A stretch of 62,619 bases of DNA, the filler included, from Basidiobolus meristosporus CBS 931.73 (lineage: Eukaryota > Fungi > Basidiobolomycota), in NCBI GenBank assembly GCA_002104905.1. It is 3 parts of 3 records of this genome, joined end to end, with 100 filler letters (N's around TTAATTAATTAA, not from the genome) between each part and the next. Parts side by side here need not be neighbours in the genome. Positions count along the whole stretch, not along the records: positions 19,607 to 48,724 come from MCFE01000873.1; positions 48,825 to 62,619 come from MCFE01001194.1; 1 more part is not named here. The stretch is one strand, 5' to 3'. Positions 35,417 to 49,480 of the stretch are shown here, one piece after another; position 1 is the stretch's first letter; the number at the start of each line of letters is the position of its first letter. A program made the position numbers and the translations under genes. Under the pieces are notes generated by a model, which was given only the letters and a program-made list of their open reading frames with translations, was not told where the DNA came from and ran no database searches.

Positions 35417-38400
35417 TCAAGGCACATCCAATTCCGGGAAGAGATAATGGTCCAAGTAACCGTAGAAATCACTGGACTTCGACTGAGTGGAGGGTCGAGA
35501 GATTCCCGCCGGGTCCCGTTGTCCTTGGGCGATCCGCTCCCAGTCCAGCCACCGGTGCATCGGGACCGAGGTGTGATCGAATTCCCCTTCTTTATGACTA
35601 TGATCTAGACCGGTCTCCGATTCCCCCTCCACCAGTCTGGTCTGGCCCCAGGTGAAGTCGTCGAAGTGCCAATAGGCGTAGGTGGGCAGGACCAGGTTCC
35701 AGATGGGTAGGGTGAGCAGGTAGACGATCATGTACCACAGGTAGACGAACCTCCGGGTGGTGGAGAGGATCAGGAGGGCGGGCAAACCAAGGACCAAACT
35801 GAGCAACACAAGGGGGATGACGGGGACCGATTTCCCCAGGAAAGAGATCCCAAGCAGGTAGAGGGTGAAGAGGATGGCCGCGGGTAGGACCACAGTCCCG
35901 AGCAGCTCCATGAACACGAAGAACTGCATGGAGAAGCAGAAGATCCCGCACAGATCCCGGACCAACACCAATTCCAGCATGTTGTGCACGGTGGAGTTGA
36001 TCCAGCGTCGTCGCTGGGAGAGGAGCACCGCGAAGGTGTCCGGTACCACCGTCTTGCAGATCGCCTGGGGGACGAAGAGCAGCTTCCGTTTGGGGAAGGT
36101 TTTGAGAAGCAGGGTGGTGAGGTACCGGTCCTCCCCGAGCAGCAGGAGGTTCTTCTTGTGGAGGGTGTCGACGATGTTCTCCGAGTAGTGCTCGATCACA
36201 TCCGGATTGGCCAGGATAGGCACCCAGTAGTCGTTCGGCCCCTTGCGCGTCTTGATACGGTACATGGAAAAGCATCCGGGGAGGCAGGTGACCCCGCCGA
36301 AGACGGACTCGAAGGACTTGGACAGGTGGTGCGATATATGGTACTCGAAGACTGTTGGAAGGGGGGAGGTCAGTGTCCTATTCGATCGGATCCATGAAGG
36401 AGAAACTTACCTTGCATCATAGTGACCCAGCTATCGTTCTTGTTGGCGATCTTGGTCTCGCCGCAGCAGCCCATCACCAGGTCCTCCCGGGCCATGCACG
36501 CAGCCATGTGAGTGAGGGAATCTTTATGGACCTTCGTGTCGGCGTCCACCTTTGAAATAAGCGAGGTTAGTGGATTGCCAGCTAGGACCGCGAGAGCAGG
36601 GCACTCACCATCATCAATAGCTCGTAACGATCGGGGCTGACCCCGGATACCTTCCACATCATGTTGAACAACTCGAACTCGAAGGGGCTCATACGCTCGT
36701 CGAACATCACCTTCTGAAAGAAACTCATCAGCATGATCTGGCTGTCCCGCTTCCCACGATTCCCCGGCTTACTACTGCCCACCTCCTCCGGGGCGCCACA
36801 CTTGACGATCACGATCATGGGGACCTTGGAGATCCCCGCCGACGCTGACTGTTCGTATTGATAATGACCAGCGTAGATTTTGGCCGTGTTGTGTCGCTTA
36901 CGACCGTCGGCAATGGCTACGTAGGCGTACGGCTGGACCTGTGAGAAGGGGACGATCTCGTCCCCAAGCATGGAAAGACAAATGTCGGGGGTCGACATCT
37001 CGTTACCGGCCCCGGTGATCTGGCCGTCCGCGATGACCAGGATCAACTTGTGGGAGATCGGGTAGTGAGTGGTGGCCAACGACTCCAACGTCGTGCGCAG
37101 CCCCTCTTTACCTTCGGAATAGCAGGTGACCAACAGGATGCAATGAAGCGGGTCGAAATTCACCAGAGGGTATTCCGGCTCTTCGGGGGGTACGCGTGGG
37201 GAGATCGGTAGGCACGGGGAGGAAAACACCGGGTAGGTGGTGGTTCCCACTGGATAGGGCTCGGCCCGGAGGCTGAGAAGACGGGATTCATGGCTTTCCC
37301 TTATGCTCTGAAGCTTCCCAGGCTCAAGGCCATCGCCTGGTAGGTGGCGGGTGATATGCTTTTCGTAATGCCCATGCTTCCTGCGAAGCTTTCCTTGCTT
37401 GCGGAGCCTTCTACCTGGCTCGGCCCCAGGGAGCGGTACCGTATACCTGGACACGCGCGGCATGCTTCCAAAGAAGGATTTCTTTCCATCTGCCTCCGCT
37501 CTACGACTACAAAGGGGGTCAATGAATGGGCCACTCAACGCAAGCAATCCTCCCTGGCCATACCTTACATGGATGTCGTTGGTATCCGCCCAGATCTCCA
37601 GCTCCCTCTCCCGTCTCCTCCGTTGCTCGAAGCTCTCGTTGGCCACGGCACCCATTCTCCAGCTGACCACCCAGCCGAAATAGACGGCCAGAAGAAAGCG
37701 GATCACCACGAGGGCCACAATGGCCAGCAGGCTCAGGACGAGAAAGATGTTGGCGAGGATGCAGCCGATGGTCTGCGAGTCCACCACCCCCACCTTGATG
37801 GTGTCCACCAGACACCTGGCCAGTCGAGGGTTCCGGTTCAGGAAGAAGGTGATGTCTTTCCCTCCCATCTGCGGATTGGTCGAGATCAGCTCCAGCATGT
37901 CCGGGGGAAGAATGAAGTCCAATGGAGAGATCCAACGAAGCCGATCAAGGTCAAGTACGTTACTGTGCCACAAAAGAATCTGTCCATGAGTACAGGCAGC
38001 AATACAGGTGAATAGAAGAACAGGTGTGAATCCTCTTTAATATGAAACACATACCCGTCGTACACGACCAGACTGGAGTTGGTCATCTGGATGTCTGACC
38101 AATAGTAGAACACCTCGCCGATGAGGATCTGGCTCAGGCAGTTGATCAGGTAGGGCGTGGCCGTGTGGCATCCTCTTCCGCTGGGATTGGCCGTGGGATT
38201 GACAATGATCGTGCCGTTAAAGGCGTTATTTTCGATGGGTATACAAGGAAACATGGAATTGATGGGAGAAGGAGACGGCGACGGCGACGGCGACGGCGAC
38301 ATGAAAAATGAGGATCTGGGTTGGATTACCTCTCGACAGCTACTGTAGTCCTGCTGGAACAGAAAGGACAGGTCTTTACCGTTTAACGAGTCGCCGCCTC

Positions 38401-39236
38401 CGAACGAGCGGGCGGCTGCTGCCGAGCCCTCCGGGAAGGTGGGATGCTGGAATCCATGCAGATTGTATACTTTCCCATGGATGATCACTCGGGATCCACC
38501 TACCTCGGAGACGTGGTATTGAACCGGAGGGAATCCGCAGATTACCTCGTTGAACCCAAACGTGAGAAACGCCACACTGAGAATAATCAAGGCAATGATG
38601 ATGCACAGAGTCACCTTCTCTCGCCAAGCCTGCTGCACGTCCGGGCTTTTCATGCCTGCAGGAGGATGGGTGAGCAGTAAGTGTGAGTACTCGGATGATG
38701 ATGCTGATGCTGATGCCAATCTTACCTGATCTCCGTAGACAGCACCCCAATATGCAGCAGGTCATGGTCCTGGAGCAACACACCCACGGCTTGGGTAGCT
38801 TTTTTCTCCAGGAGGGGATTTTGTCGGTGGGCAAGGGATACTCCCGCCGGATCGAATCCGCCCTTCCCAGGATGCTTACGCCACGTCTTGGTCTTTGTGT
38901 AGGGCTGGTCGAGTCAGAGGAAGCATCCTGCTGATCCAGCGACCTGGCAATGGAAAACGTATGAAATTGCCGGTGGCTCTTGTCGATCTTTTCTCGTTCA
39001 TGCCGCACGAAGGAGGTTCGTCGACCACTACGGGCTGGCTTGTGCGGGCCGTAAATAATGGAGAGGCGTTGGTGGGACGATCCCTCATTATGGCGAGCGT
39101 TGGCCTGGGCGGGTGTGGTTTGGCTGCTCCGGCTGGCTGACTCTTGCTTGTCTGTACCTTGCGAAGGTCGGTCTGAGGAGGATTTGGGTTTGGATGGGGA
39201 AAGGATATTCACGTCAGGAGGGACTTCTTTGATCAT
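35417..39236 (-). CDS. CHS3: Chitin synthase, division 2 (class IV-like) with cytochrome b5-like region
   Basis: Motifs [52 protein letters not shown] and [13 protein letters not shown] introns at 38656-38725, 37963-38054, 36550-36608 and 36352-36410 join the frames. The start (MIKEV) is uncertain and a short upstream exon is possible. Confidence 0.95.
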
Positions 39237-40092
39237 ATTTTTGAAGGGGTGACTGTCACTTTCTTCGAGGGTTCGGATAGCCACCTAGGTGCTATGGGTA
39301 CGATCGGGCGACCAGCGACAAATAAATTAGACGACGTTCAAAGGGGATAGGCTGGGATCACTTGCGAAGTGACATTCAAAGGGAAAAGAAGGTGGTTGGA
39401 AACGAAGCAGAGAATTCGCAAGGAGATAAAGAGAGATGCTCTTCTGGCAATCGATGTCGCAGGTAAAAGTATCAAACCCGTGGCTCCTCGGGCATTTCTT
39501 CTGCACCCTCTAACAAACCTTATCGATCCATGCATCAAGTTGGTGATTGTGACTGCCACAACGCAACATGACCAGTGCGAAATAACAATCCTGTTTCATG
39601 GCCATCTACCCCATTCGGAGAGATTGGCAGGGACTTCGATGCTTAATATTTACAATGGTTGTAGGACCGTCAGGGGTAACCACATACCAATGTGGTGGTA
39701 TGCGGTAATGAGACAGTCGGGTTTCTGATAGAAACATTACTCTAAAACACGTTCGGCGCCTTCAAGAAGTAGGTTCTTCGGAGAAGGTAATTTGACATTG
39801 TGTTTATAGAAAACTCAAAGAATTCATGTGATGCCACGCTAACTTAAGTAGGGATTCGAGGGAGGGGCGATGGTTATGGGAAGGCGTCGATAATTCTGAA
39901 TCAGTTACAAATTTTGATCCCCATGCATCACGAGGGCCCAGCCAATCAGACAGGGCTCCCCCTCTTTCCAGAGAGCTGAGGATGAGCGCATTAACCCATG
40001 ATTTGATCAACCACGTCAATGCCAGGCTTGATGCAACAGCCATAATACGCTAATACGTCCATTAGTTCTTCGATAACTCTTCAACCTAAATC

Positions 40093-41312
40093 ATGTGGCT
40101 CTCACGTTCTAATCTGTGGATAGCAGCGGTATGCGGTTTAGGTCTCCTCACTATGACCTCGGTACAAGCGGAGGAGGCCCCCGAATGCACCTACTACGAT
40201 CCTGACACGAAGAACTTCTACGATCTGCGTCCTTTGATTAGGGAATCAGGGTAAGCCCTTGGTTTCGAGGGACCAAACGTTAGTACTTCCCAGGAGCACT
40301 CCCTCATGATGACCGCCCGTTTGCTTCTTTGATAGGGAGGATTGGACCATGAAACCCAGGTCCGGCGGCGAGGCCAAGCTGAACGTTTGTCACGAAATCC
40401 TGGACTCCAAGACCGGCTTGAAATTTCCCCAAGGGGTTGGCTCCTTCTACAGAGCAGACGTAAAGGGTTATTCCATTGGGTAATGCCCGCTCTACTGCGC
40501 CATATCCCTCCACCCAAAACTATACCTTGACTAACCACCAGCTCCCTCTCCACCCTCCACACTATAGAAAGGCAAACACCAAACCCTTCGTCAAAGGTAA
40601 ATAGTGGTATGTCCTTCCTCCGACTCAGTCCTAACCGTGCTTTAGAACAAAACCTGATGCTCAAGTACGTTGACGGAGACGAATGTCCAGGCAGTCAAAA
40701 GACCCGCACCTCCATGATTTTCTTCGAGTGCGACAACTCCGTGAAGGGCCAGGTTGATCCTCTGGACCGATTGGGCGTGCACTTGAACAGTAACTGACCT
40801 TCATTTTTGTCGACACTAGGGCGAACCCGAATTCCTTGCCGAACACGATAACTGCGTGTACATGTTCCGGTGGAAAACCCCCGCGGCCTGCCCGGTGGTC
40901 CAACAAAGCGGCAAAAAGCTGGGCGGTGGGGCGATCTTTGCCATCATGTAAGTTGAGTAGGAGACGCGCCTCCTTCACGCAGCACTAACCCCTCCTACGT
41001 GTGTAGTATGTCTGTGTTGGCCGGAGTCTACTTGATCGGAGGAATCATCTACAAGAGAGTTGTCCTGGGACAGCGTGGACTTAACCAACTGCCAAACGCC
41101 GAATACTGGAGAGCCATTGGAAACTTCGTGAAGGTGAGCGGGCACTGGCACCATGCAGCGAGGGGCCTATTTTCTAATCTTATTTCTGGCTCTAGAACCT
41201 CTTCCGCATGGCCTTCCCTTCATGCTGCGGCAACCGCTCACGTCAATACAACTATGGCCATCTGAACACCGATGAGGAAAATGTGTTTATTGACGAGGAT
41301 GACGAAGAATAG
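40093..41312 (+). CDS. MRL1: Mannose-6-phosphate receptor-like type I membrane protein, multi-exon
   Basis: Signal peptide MWLSRSNLWIAAVCGLGLL, CTYYDP...FYDLRPL, LKYVDGDECP, IFFECD and FRWKTPAACP. TM segment VLAGVYLIGGIIYKR, GLNQLPNAEYW and an acidic tail DEDDEE*. Confidence 0.85.
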
Positions 41313-41445
41313 ATGTTGTCCAGTCGATGAAAAATCCCATTTTACAAATAAATGCTTACATCAGTGAAACATTCACCATCGAGCGACGAGATAGCGACGA
41401 GGTAGACATTAGGATAGAGTGCGTATTAGAGGATAGGGGGTCTGT

Positions 41446-43793
41446 TTAGAATGCAAAGTCAGTACGGAACGCGTTCATGTCCCTGCGGTCACAGGCGGCA
41501 ATCAGATCCGGTCGCTCGATCCAGTCCATCGCCATCCGCAGAGTATCCCAGATATTGTCAGACATCATCGAGTTGATCGTCGAGCCGTCACCGCTCTGAA
41601 GCGCCAATGCCTGGAGAAGATGCTCCGCAGCCTCCTTATGCTGGCCCAGATTGATGCAGCTCACGGCAAGGTTGTATCTGGCCCGGATGTAGTTGGGGTT
41701 GATTTCCAGGGCGTGGAAGTAGGCATCGATCGCCTTGGACGGGTCATGGGAATTGGCCAGGGTGGCACCCAACTTGTTCCACAGTAGATAGTCTTCAGGC
41801 TTGTACGCGAGCGCAGTCTGGAAGCAATCCACCGCCTTCTCGTATTCCTCGGCAATGTTCAGCAGAACCCCTAGACCGACCTGGACATCAGGGTCGAACT
41901 CCTGCTCAGCATTGGCCCGGACCGCTTCCAGATACATCTCCATCACTGCTGCCTGTCTGTCGTATTGTGAGCTACTACTGGGGTGGCATAGATTTGAATA
42001 CCTGTCATGGTTACGAATCCACGATTCCAGAGCATCGTACGCGTACGACTTGTACCCTTCGTTGGTGTACGAGACAGATAGTCCCATCCAAGCGTCCAGG
42101 ATCTTGGGGTCGATGTCGATGGCGCGCTTTAGACTGGCTATCGCCATACCGTCCTGCTCGTTCTCTTGCTGTTTTGTCCCTAGAAGATACCACGATTGGC
42201 CGTCCTGTGGATCAAGCTGAACTTTGGCTTCCAATACGAGGATAGCATTGTTGAGGTCGCTGTTGAGGTCGATGTTCGCATCCAGCAGGCTAGGATTCTC
42301 AAGGTAGGGATTGTTGGCAGTAAACCGGTATTCCCCGTCAAGAGAGCTGGCTGTGTCTTTGGCTGTGTTCCATTGCTCCTCCATTGCATCCCACTCGGAA
42401 TCCTGGGGCGCAGTTCCCAAGTGGTTTTTGTATTCTTCCGACCAGCTCTCCAGTTGGTCGGCATTTCTAAACGCTTCCTCCATTTCACCAAACTCTTGAT
42501 CCTGAACCTCATCCCAATCGGCCTGTGTGCGTCTCGAATTCTTTAGTCCAGTCTTGCTTGGGCAACGGTTGGGAGAACGTTGCGTTTGACGACTCTCCGA
42601 ACTCCTCGGCCCAGCTTCGCTCTAGCTTGGCTGCTTCGCCAATGGACATCCCTGCGTCCGATTGTCTGTTCAAGTAGCTGTCTATCCGGTCTTCAAACTC
42701 CGTGGCCCACGTGCTTCCGCCCTCGGCAGGTACCTTCTGCTCGACAATCTTGTTTCCTCCACAGTTGCTTCCTGATCACGCAGCTTCCGCATCAGGCCCA
42801 AGAATGTTGAATTCTGAAACTTGGGATTGGACGCATCGATCGATTCCAACAGGGCGCCTGCAGTTTTGGCCAATGCCTCTTTCGGATCGGAGATATTCTC
42901 TTCTTCTTGGAACTCCTTTGCCCAAGATTCTTGATCCATGAATTCGCTCTCCCAAGCGGCCTCTATAAAACACCAATGGAGTTAGAAAGGTGCTACGTTT
43001 CCAGTAAGCATCCATCCTCTCACCCTGCTTTGCAGTCTCATATGCTTTGTCAAACTCCTGGGTGTCGTGGGGTAAACTGGGGCCTTCATACTTTTCGAAC
43101 TCACTCTCCCAATGATGCTGGTCAGCTACGTATTATCATGAGCGCATGTTAATGAGTTTCTTCAGGAATCGTGCATGTAGAGCCAAACTACCTAAAGGCG
43201 CTGCATGTTGAAAAGCCTCCTCAAACTCTTTGAAGTCGTGGAAATTTGGCCCTTGTGCTTCAACACCTTTGCCGTGTCTCATGAAGTCGTTTGCCCAGTC
43301 TGAGTTGACTTGTGGCGGTGGTTGCATGTGTATATTATCTAATTCCCGGTTTAAGCCTGTGAAATTGAAGGTCTCCATGGGTTGACCACCCTCTTGCAGA
43401 AACTCCTCAGTAAACTGAAGGCCAAGGTGTTTGGTTATTATTGTAGGCTATCAAGAACAGATCTGGCCAACTCAACTTACATTATGTTCCATGGAGTTTG
43501 AGACGTTCGGTCGGTTGAATGCCTAAAACGAAAAACAAGAAAGTTAGCCCCTGGGATCAAGCGAGTGTACAGGGATCAACGCTACCTTACGGCCAGAGGT
43601 TTCCCCGTACCCTGCCTCAAATCTATCCTAAGACAAAGGACCAGTGAGTTACGGAGATCTTGTGCATAGCAGTCTACCTGGAGCTTACTTGTTGCAACGA
43701 ACGATCTTGACCGAAATTTTTCATCAGGCTAGACAAACCATTTCCTCCGGAGCAATCAGCTCCAGAGTCCACTAAGTTTTGAAACGCCGACAT
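41446..43793 (-). CDS. PEX5: Peroxisomal PTS1 receptor Pex5 (TPR), multi-exon
   Basis: N-terminal MSAFQNLVDSGADC...GQDRSLQQ with the conserved Cys, several WxxxF motifs (WANDF, WAKEF), and a TPR block with LWNKLGATLANS, YIRARYNLAVSCINLG and IWDTLR. Confidence 0.96.
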
Positions 43794-44025
43794 GCCTTTG
43801 TTCGCCTAACTATTGGTATTACTAATGAAAGAGTGGACTGTGTCCAAGAGTGAAGCTTAAGTGTGTTTGCTGAGTGGCGCACTATTCCCAGGAATATTTA
43901 ACCAAATGCGGGGGGAAGCCGAGAGAAAGCCGAAATTTATCCATTTGTACTTGACGTATAGTATGTTTATTATAGGGAGCACAACGATGTTTCAGTTTAT
44001 CTAATATTGGCACGTGAATTGAAGG

Positions 44026-46699
44026 TCATGAGCGGTGAGGTGATTCAACCAGTGAAGCGGAACTGACCAGAGAATGGGCAGATATGCTCTTCAACAGGGC
44101 GCTTAGATCAGTTCTAGATCCTTTGGACCTTTTAACGGTAGAATAAGAGCCAGTGAAGATTTCCGAGGAGTCGCTATCGTCTTCGCACAACGAGCTGCCG
44201 GAAGTCACCTTCAAAGCGTCTTTGAACTGCTCCACCTGAGGCGAGATCCTGCCTACGGGCTTCGATTCGAAGGTTCTGATGATAGGCGCAGCGAGCCTTG
44301 GTTGCTTTATCTTCGACACAAATTTGTTCTTGGGAGGCTCTGAGTGGATGAACTCCAGCAGTGCCGGCTCGTAGACCACATCCAAACGTTCATTGAGGTC
44401 AGGGAACAGTTGTTTCAGCTGGCTTTCATGCTTCAGAATCTCTCGGATCTGCTCTGGGGATGCAAATTGCTTTGTTGGCCAGGCCTGTGGAGAGGCCACT
44501 CCCTCAAACCATAATCCTTCGGCTTTTCTGGCCTGGATCAAGTTCGAGGAATAATCCGACAATCCTCCAATGCATAGGAGGTCTCCCGCGTAAAGCAAAT
44601 AGTCCAACAGAATTTGATCCATAATCCCTGGCTCAGCCGAGCTTTGGTGGATGTGGAACCATATGGGCAAAGCTCGGATGAGCTCGTCGCCCGCTTCTCG
44701 GTCAAGCAGCTTCTTGAAGATCAGAAGGATGTTGGTACAGTCCGCGCTAGTAATATGTTCTCTTGCGCCGTAGTCTATTAGCTTTTGGTGTAAATTAAGC
44801 CTAAATCGCAGATTCAGTGCTTTGTCAGCTATCACGGTCGACCCACTACGTGAATGTTTATGACTAGTGGCGTGCAGGTTGGGCGACAATGAGTTGATTA
44901 GAAAGTGGGTATATTCGCTTCGCACTACGAAGCTGTCGTTGGAAAGGAAAGGCAGAGTGGGAGTGAGGATGGGGAAAGGCACCTCGTTCCTTGATTTCCC
45001 CTCAGTTTGAACCAGATTGTTCATGCAACGGAGTAACTCGAGTTCGAAGGGAGGCATTGGCGAGGGTGTGCTGCTCTCGTTCGGCTGTAGCTTGTTGACT
45101 AGAAATGCTAGGATATCGTTGATCTGCTCAGTGTAGTACAAGTGAGTCCCCAGCCCAGCTGTTTAAAAGTCCGGTTAGTTGATGTGCCTGGCAAGGATTT
45201 GTATTGAGAAAATTACTTATTGCTGAGAGCAAACCACTCTTGAGTTCGGCCTCCAATGCCGAGGGTTGTTCGGTCGGATTGTTGTGATACGTTGCTCGCA
45301 AACAGCCTACGAAGCAATTCAGGTATTCGAGGACGGAGATACCGATGCTGGGGATGGGGGAGTTCAAACACGACTCGAGAACCTTCACCAGCGCAACATT
45401 CTTACAGGTGGCTTTGTCTGTTTGGCATTCATTCAGTAGCCTCAACACCTCGTTCACTATGATGTGACGATAGGACGTCTATTTGAAATCAAGAGAATTT
45501 AGCTATCTCGGGCTCGGCTCGGCTATGTGAGCGACAGAAATTACCGCTACCAAGGGCATCATAAAAGAGACCAAGCTGATGGGCAATTGTGTCGTTTCGT
45601 ACTGGTGATATTTCTCTATGTAGCTTCACGTGACAGCTTAGCAAGTCTGCCGCAAAGTGCGATTGACAAAACCTTTACCTAAACACCGAATCTACCACCA
45701 GAAATAGGTTCAACGGCGCACTGCACTCCAACAGTTGCTGCAGGCATTTCAATGCAATGAAGTTGACTTGGTCTTCGTTGGTGCCTTTCTCCGACGAATC
45801 GCTCAGTGATTTCCGTGCGTCCACCGCGTCCAACCTTGCCAACATCAATTAACAACAACGCCCCGAGTAAGCGAACTGCTCGGTACCAACCTATCTTTTG
45901 GAACGTCGAGTTGAGTGACGTTGTTCAATATTCCGTAGACCAATTTGGTGTAATATGCTTTGGAGTGAGTTGTTTTCATAAGTGGCGAAACCAAAATGGA
46001 ATAGATTCCGTATAAGCCTAATAATCTACGTTTGCAGCTCGATTAGCTGGAAGTGTGACGAGGAAAATCCACCCATAATTAGCGGTACCTTTGCCCCAAG
46101 GTGTTTTCAGAGTCGCAACAAGCCAGTTCGGAAAATCGAGTTACTAGGCAATCTATGCTAACGGTCAAGGTCTCATCGACGCCGATTGTTGCAGCGTCAA
46201 AATGAAGGCAGAAATTGTGAAACTAAAGGATAATATGGGATTCGTTAAGTAGCTGTAGACGTGGGAGAGTTCCGGTACAAGCATTACCATATTTCCCGCT
46301 TGCCAGGCGGCGTCGTTCAATTGCGCTATGCACTTTTCTGTAACTCTAACAGCACTTTTGGCAAACAGGTTGAGGTCTTTTTCGCAGCTCTCAACCAATT
46401 GCTGGAAAATCTTTAGAGCAACGACAACACCACTGTTTTCGACACTTTGGTTAGGAAAGGGAATCTGAGGAAGAGTCAATTTTGCTGGTCACTAGAACTT
46501 ACTCCCAATTTTTCTTGGCCAGATCCTTCAGTAAGCATTTCTCTAAGTACGCGGACACTTTAAGAAGTTTCACTGGCCTTGAGGAAGCGTAGTAGGACAA
46601 GTAAGCAAGCTCACTCTGTCTGGGACCTTTCTCCACTCCAGTCGGATAGCAGTTGTTTACTAGTCTAACATGGTTTTTGCTTGGAATACAAGAACACAT
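44026..46699 (-). CDS. EFR3: EFR3 (PI4-kinase plasma-membrane anchor), multi-exon
   Basis: MCSCIPSKNHVRLVNNCYP...SELAYLSYYASSRPVKLLKV is the EFR3 N-terminal signature, followed by ALKIFQQLVESCEKDLNLFA and MYYTEQINDILAFL. Internal exon boundaries were not fully resolved. Confidence 0.92.
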
Positions 46700-47589
46700 T
46701 TCAAAAGGCTATATACCTCCAAGCAAGGGAAGGTCGACACTAAAGGCCACTTCGGAAAGAAATGGACTATATAGCAAGAATCCAGCCCGAGAGTAATTAG
46801 CCAACTTCGGTACACAGGAATAATTCGACCAGTTATTGCGTAGAATTCCGAAATAGATTAGAGCAAATTTTGTAGGCAGGGAATTAATTGTTTTGCTATT
46901 TTAAAGGACATAAATACGCTCATTTGTCAACGACGAAAATGGAACCTGCGATAGAATTGGCAGAACCACTACATTGATACCATTTATACCGGCAGATCCT
47001 GGATAGGAAAACTGGGCATTGTGATCTCACTTGGGTGCAAACTCGTCCAAATCAATTGTCTATGCGGTTAGCAGTCAGTATTGATGACAGCCAACCCAGA
47101 CAAATATGGCCATCTCCTTGTTGCTACGACAACGCGCTATTCTGATCCATGAAAGTAACGGGTGATTCGGTCCGAAACAGATTGGATTAACATGGACTGC
47201 TACTCCGGACTCCGACTAGTTAATCACGTTGGTGTAGATTGGTAGATTGGTGCAAAGTACAGGTCTCAACATGATGAATTCTCCGTGCCAAAGTAAACTC
47301 TTGCCAAGCACACTTTTCCTTCCAAAATCATAGCCAATAGACGCAAGAGAACTATATAAAGGACTACAATTAGAGTGCGTCTTCGTTCTCTCCTTCGCCA
47401 CTACCACAAAATCAATTGAATGTCTGTTCCAAGCATTGCCTTGTCTTGCAAATTCATGGAATCCCCTCGACTATCTTCGGTATGTCCAGCAAGCCTATAT
47501 TCTCGGTGCCAGCAATTTTTGTTTATCCATTTGCTAACACTGCCTCTCCCACACAGAGCTCGACACGTCTGTCCGTAGCCGTGAACAAG

Positions 47590-48105
47590 AAGTGAAGCCC
47601 AGAAATATCGCAATGTGGATAAGAACGGTGTCGTTCACCTCCACGTCAAGTCTGGTTAGTTCCCAGTGACCAACGCCATCTCCAAGCCGGAGCAAGGCCG
47701 AAGATATTTATTGGAAAAGCACTATGCTGTTTGGGATGATCTGTCACTGTGGGCGATATTATATATCCTCGCCCAAATTATGCACTGCCCGTCCCACACG
47801 TCTGCAAGAGTAAAGCTGGCTTGACCTTGATTGGCGATGCCGCCCATCTCATGTCTCCAATTGCTGGTGCTGGTGTCAATATGGTCTTGTGGGATGGAAA
47901 AGAGCTCGCCTTGACCATTGCCAATGCTACCAAATCAAGTAAACCTCTAGCGGCCGCTATTACGGATTATGAGAAAAAGATGTATGGTATGACGTGCCCC
48001 GCGGTTGCATTGAGTGCTTCCAAACTTAGTCTGATCTCTTCGGCGGCCTCAGTGTCTGAGATCGTTGAGGTGATGGCTCGAGCAAAGAGCAAAGTCCGCT
48101 CGTGA
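47590..48105 (+). pseudogene. FAD-dependent monooxygenase (TetX/UbiH-like) C-terminal remnant
   Basis: LTLIGDAAHLMSPIAGAGVNM...ITDYEKKM. Upstream pieces (DILLEKHYAVWDD, IIYPRPNYALP) lie in different frames with a stop. No N-terminal GxGxxG was found. Confidence 0.8.
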
Positions 48106-48724
48106 ATGACACTCTTGGCCTCGCTTTAGCACCTTATAAATACCAATATGAGGGGAGTTGGCAACGCTGTCTCGATGGTCAAGCTGAATTTCTGAATTCT
48201 TTGTGGAAGGTCATTTTATCGTGATGCCTTTTTATTGGCAGTGGAAAGAATCGTTGTGAGCAAGCTACTGTTTCATAGATATGCCTAAATCATATGTAAA
48301 CTCTTCCCGACAAGATTGACTACAATATACAAGAGCGATGAAGAAACAACGGGCCACATCAGTAAGATTACTATGGCATCGCTTGCGAGTGGCTCAAATT
48401 GATATTCTATCTAATGGCTGAGTTTTCCATGATGTTATTGTTGCGTTCAGAGCACTAAAACTAATGCTCAAACCTACAAAAGCCATGGTACCATATAAGA
48501 AGTGTGAAATTATGGGTAGAAAGGTGGCTAAATGGTCGAGGTTGGAGTTCTAAGGTTCCATGTACTGGAGTTGCTCTGTCATCAATCCTCTATGCCGTAA
48601 GCATTTTAGGCCTTGGATACATAGAATTTTACTGCTCTCGGATCCGGGCAAGGCAGTCATATAAATTTAGAACATTGAATGCGGAGTGACAGGGGTTGCA
48701 AATTCGAATACGCTCATCCGAAAT

Positions 48725-48824
48725 NNNNNNNNNNNNNNNNNNNNNNNNNNNNNNNNNNNNNNNNNNNNTTAATTAATTAANNNNNNNNNNNNNNNNNNNN
48801 NNNNNNNNNNNNNNNNNNNNNNNN
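48725..48824. other. Assembly gap with TTAATTAATTAA linker
   Basis: Same 44N-12-44N construction as 19507-19606. Confidence 0.97.
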
Positions 48825-48924
48825 ATTGGTGAACTTGAAATCAAATTTTTGTCATCACCTTGTGTCATTTATGTGAAAATTTTAAATTTTCATCAAACAA
48901 CTTATCCATGGACTAGATAAGCTT

Positions 48925-49480
48925 CTTTGCATTAGTGTTTAGAGTCTGTGTGCATTACTCCCAATGCAGTAGCCTAAATATACGCATTTTACACTTATTG
49001 GAAGATATTTTGACTGATTTCTGGGCAGTTTCTTGGCATATGCTGTACACCCAAATATTCTTAGAAGTCCTGCACTACATTTGTATCCATAGCATGCCTC
49101 AAGTGGGGTACAGCTGGGAAGTATTGTGTTATAACTTCTATTTTAAGGTATACACTGTTGCAACTGATTTTGCCTACAAGTCATAGGATAACTTTTGATC
49201 ATGGATCATATATCTTGCCATATCAATTATTGATCTTTTTGCACATTCTGCCACTCCGTTTTGCTATGGGGAGTATTGTAAAGTAGTCTCTTGCTTTATC
49301 CTATGAATTCTGCAGCAATGGATGAACAGTGTTGAGATATATTCTCCACCATTGTCAGAATGTATTTTCTTGATTATTTCATTAGTTTCTCTCTCCACTA
49401 TGGCTTTAAACTCCCTGAGCTTAGACCAAGCTTCTTCTTTTCTCTCCATGAAGTAGACCCACATGTATCTTGTTGAATTC
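48925..49480 (-). pseudogene. Copia integrase remnant
   Basis: RYMWVYFMERKEEAW, IHSDNGGEY and KQETTLQYSP match family A. Confidence 0.9.

Noticed and set aside
35077-39252. Many long antisense and alternative-frame ORFs over the chitin synthase (also over PEX5 and both PTR genes)
   Set aside because: Shadow ORFs expected from GC3-rich codon usage; no recognisable motifs.
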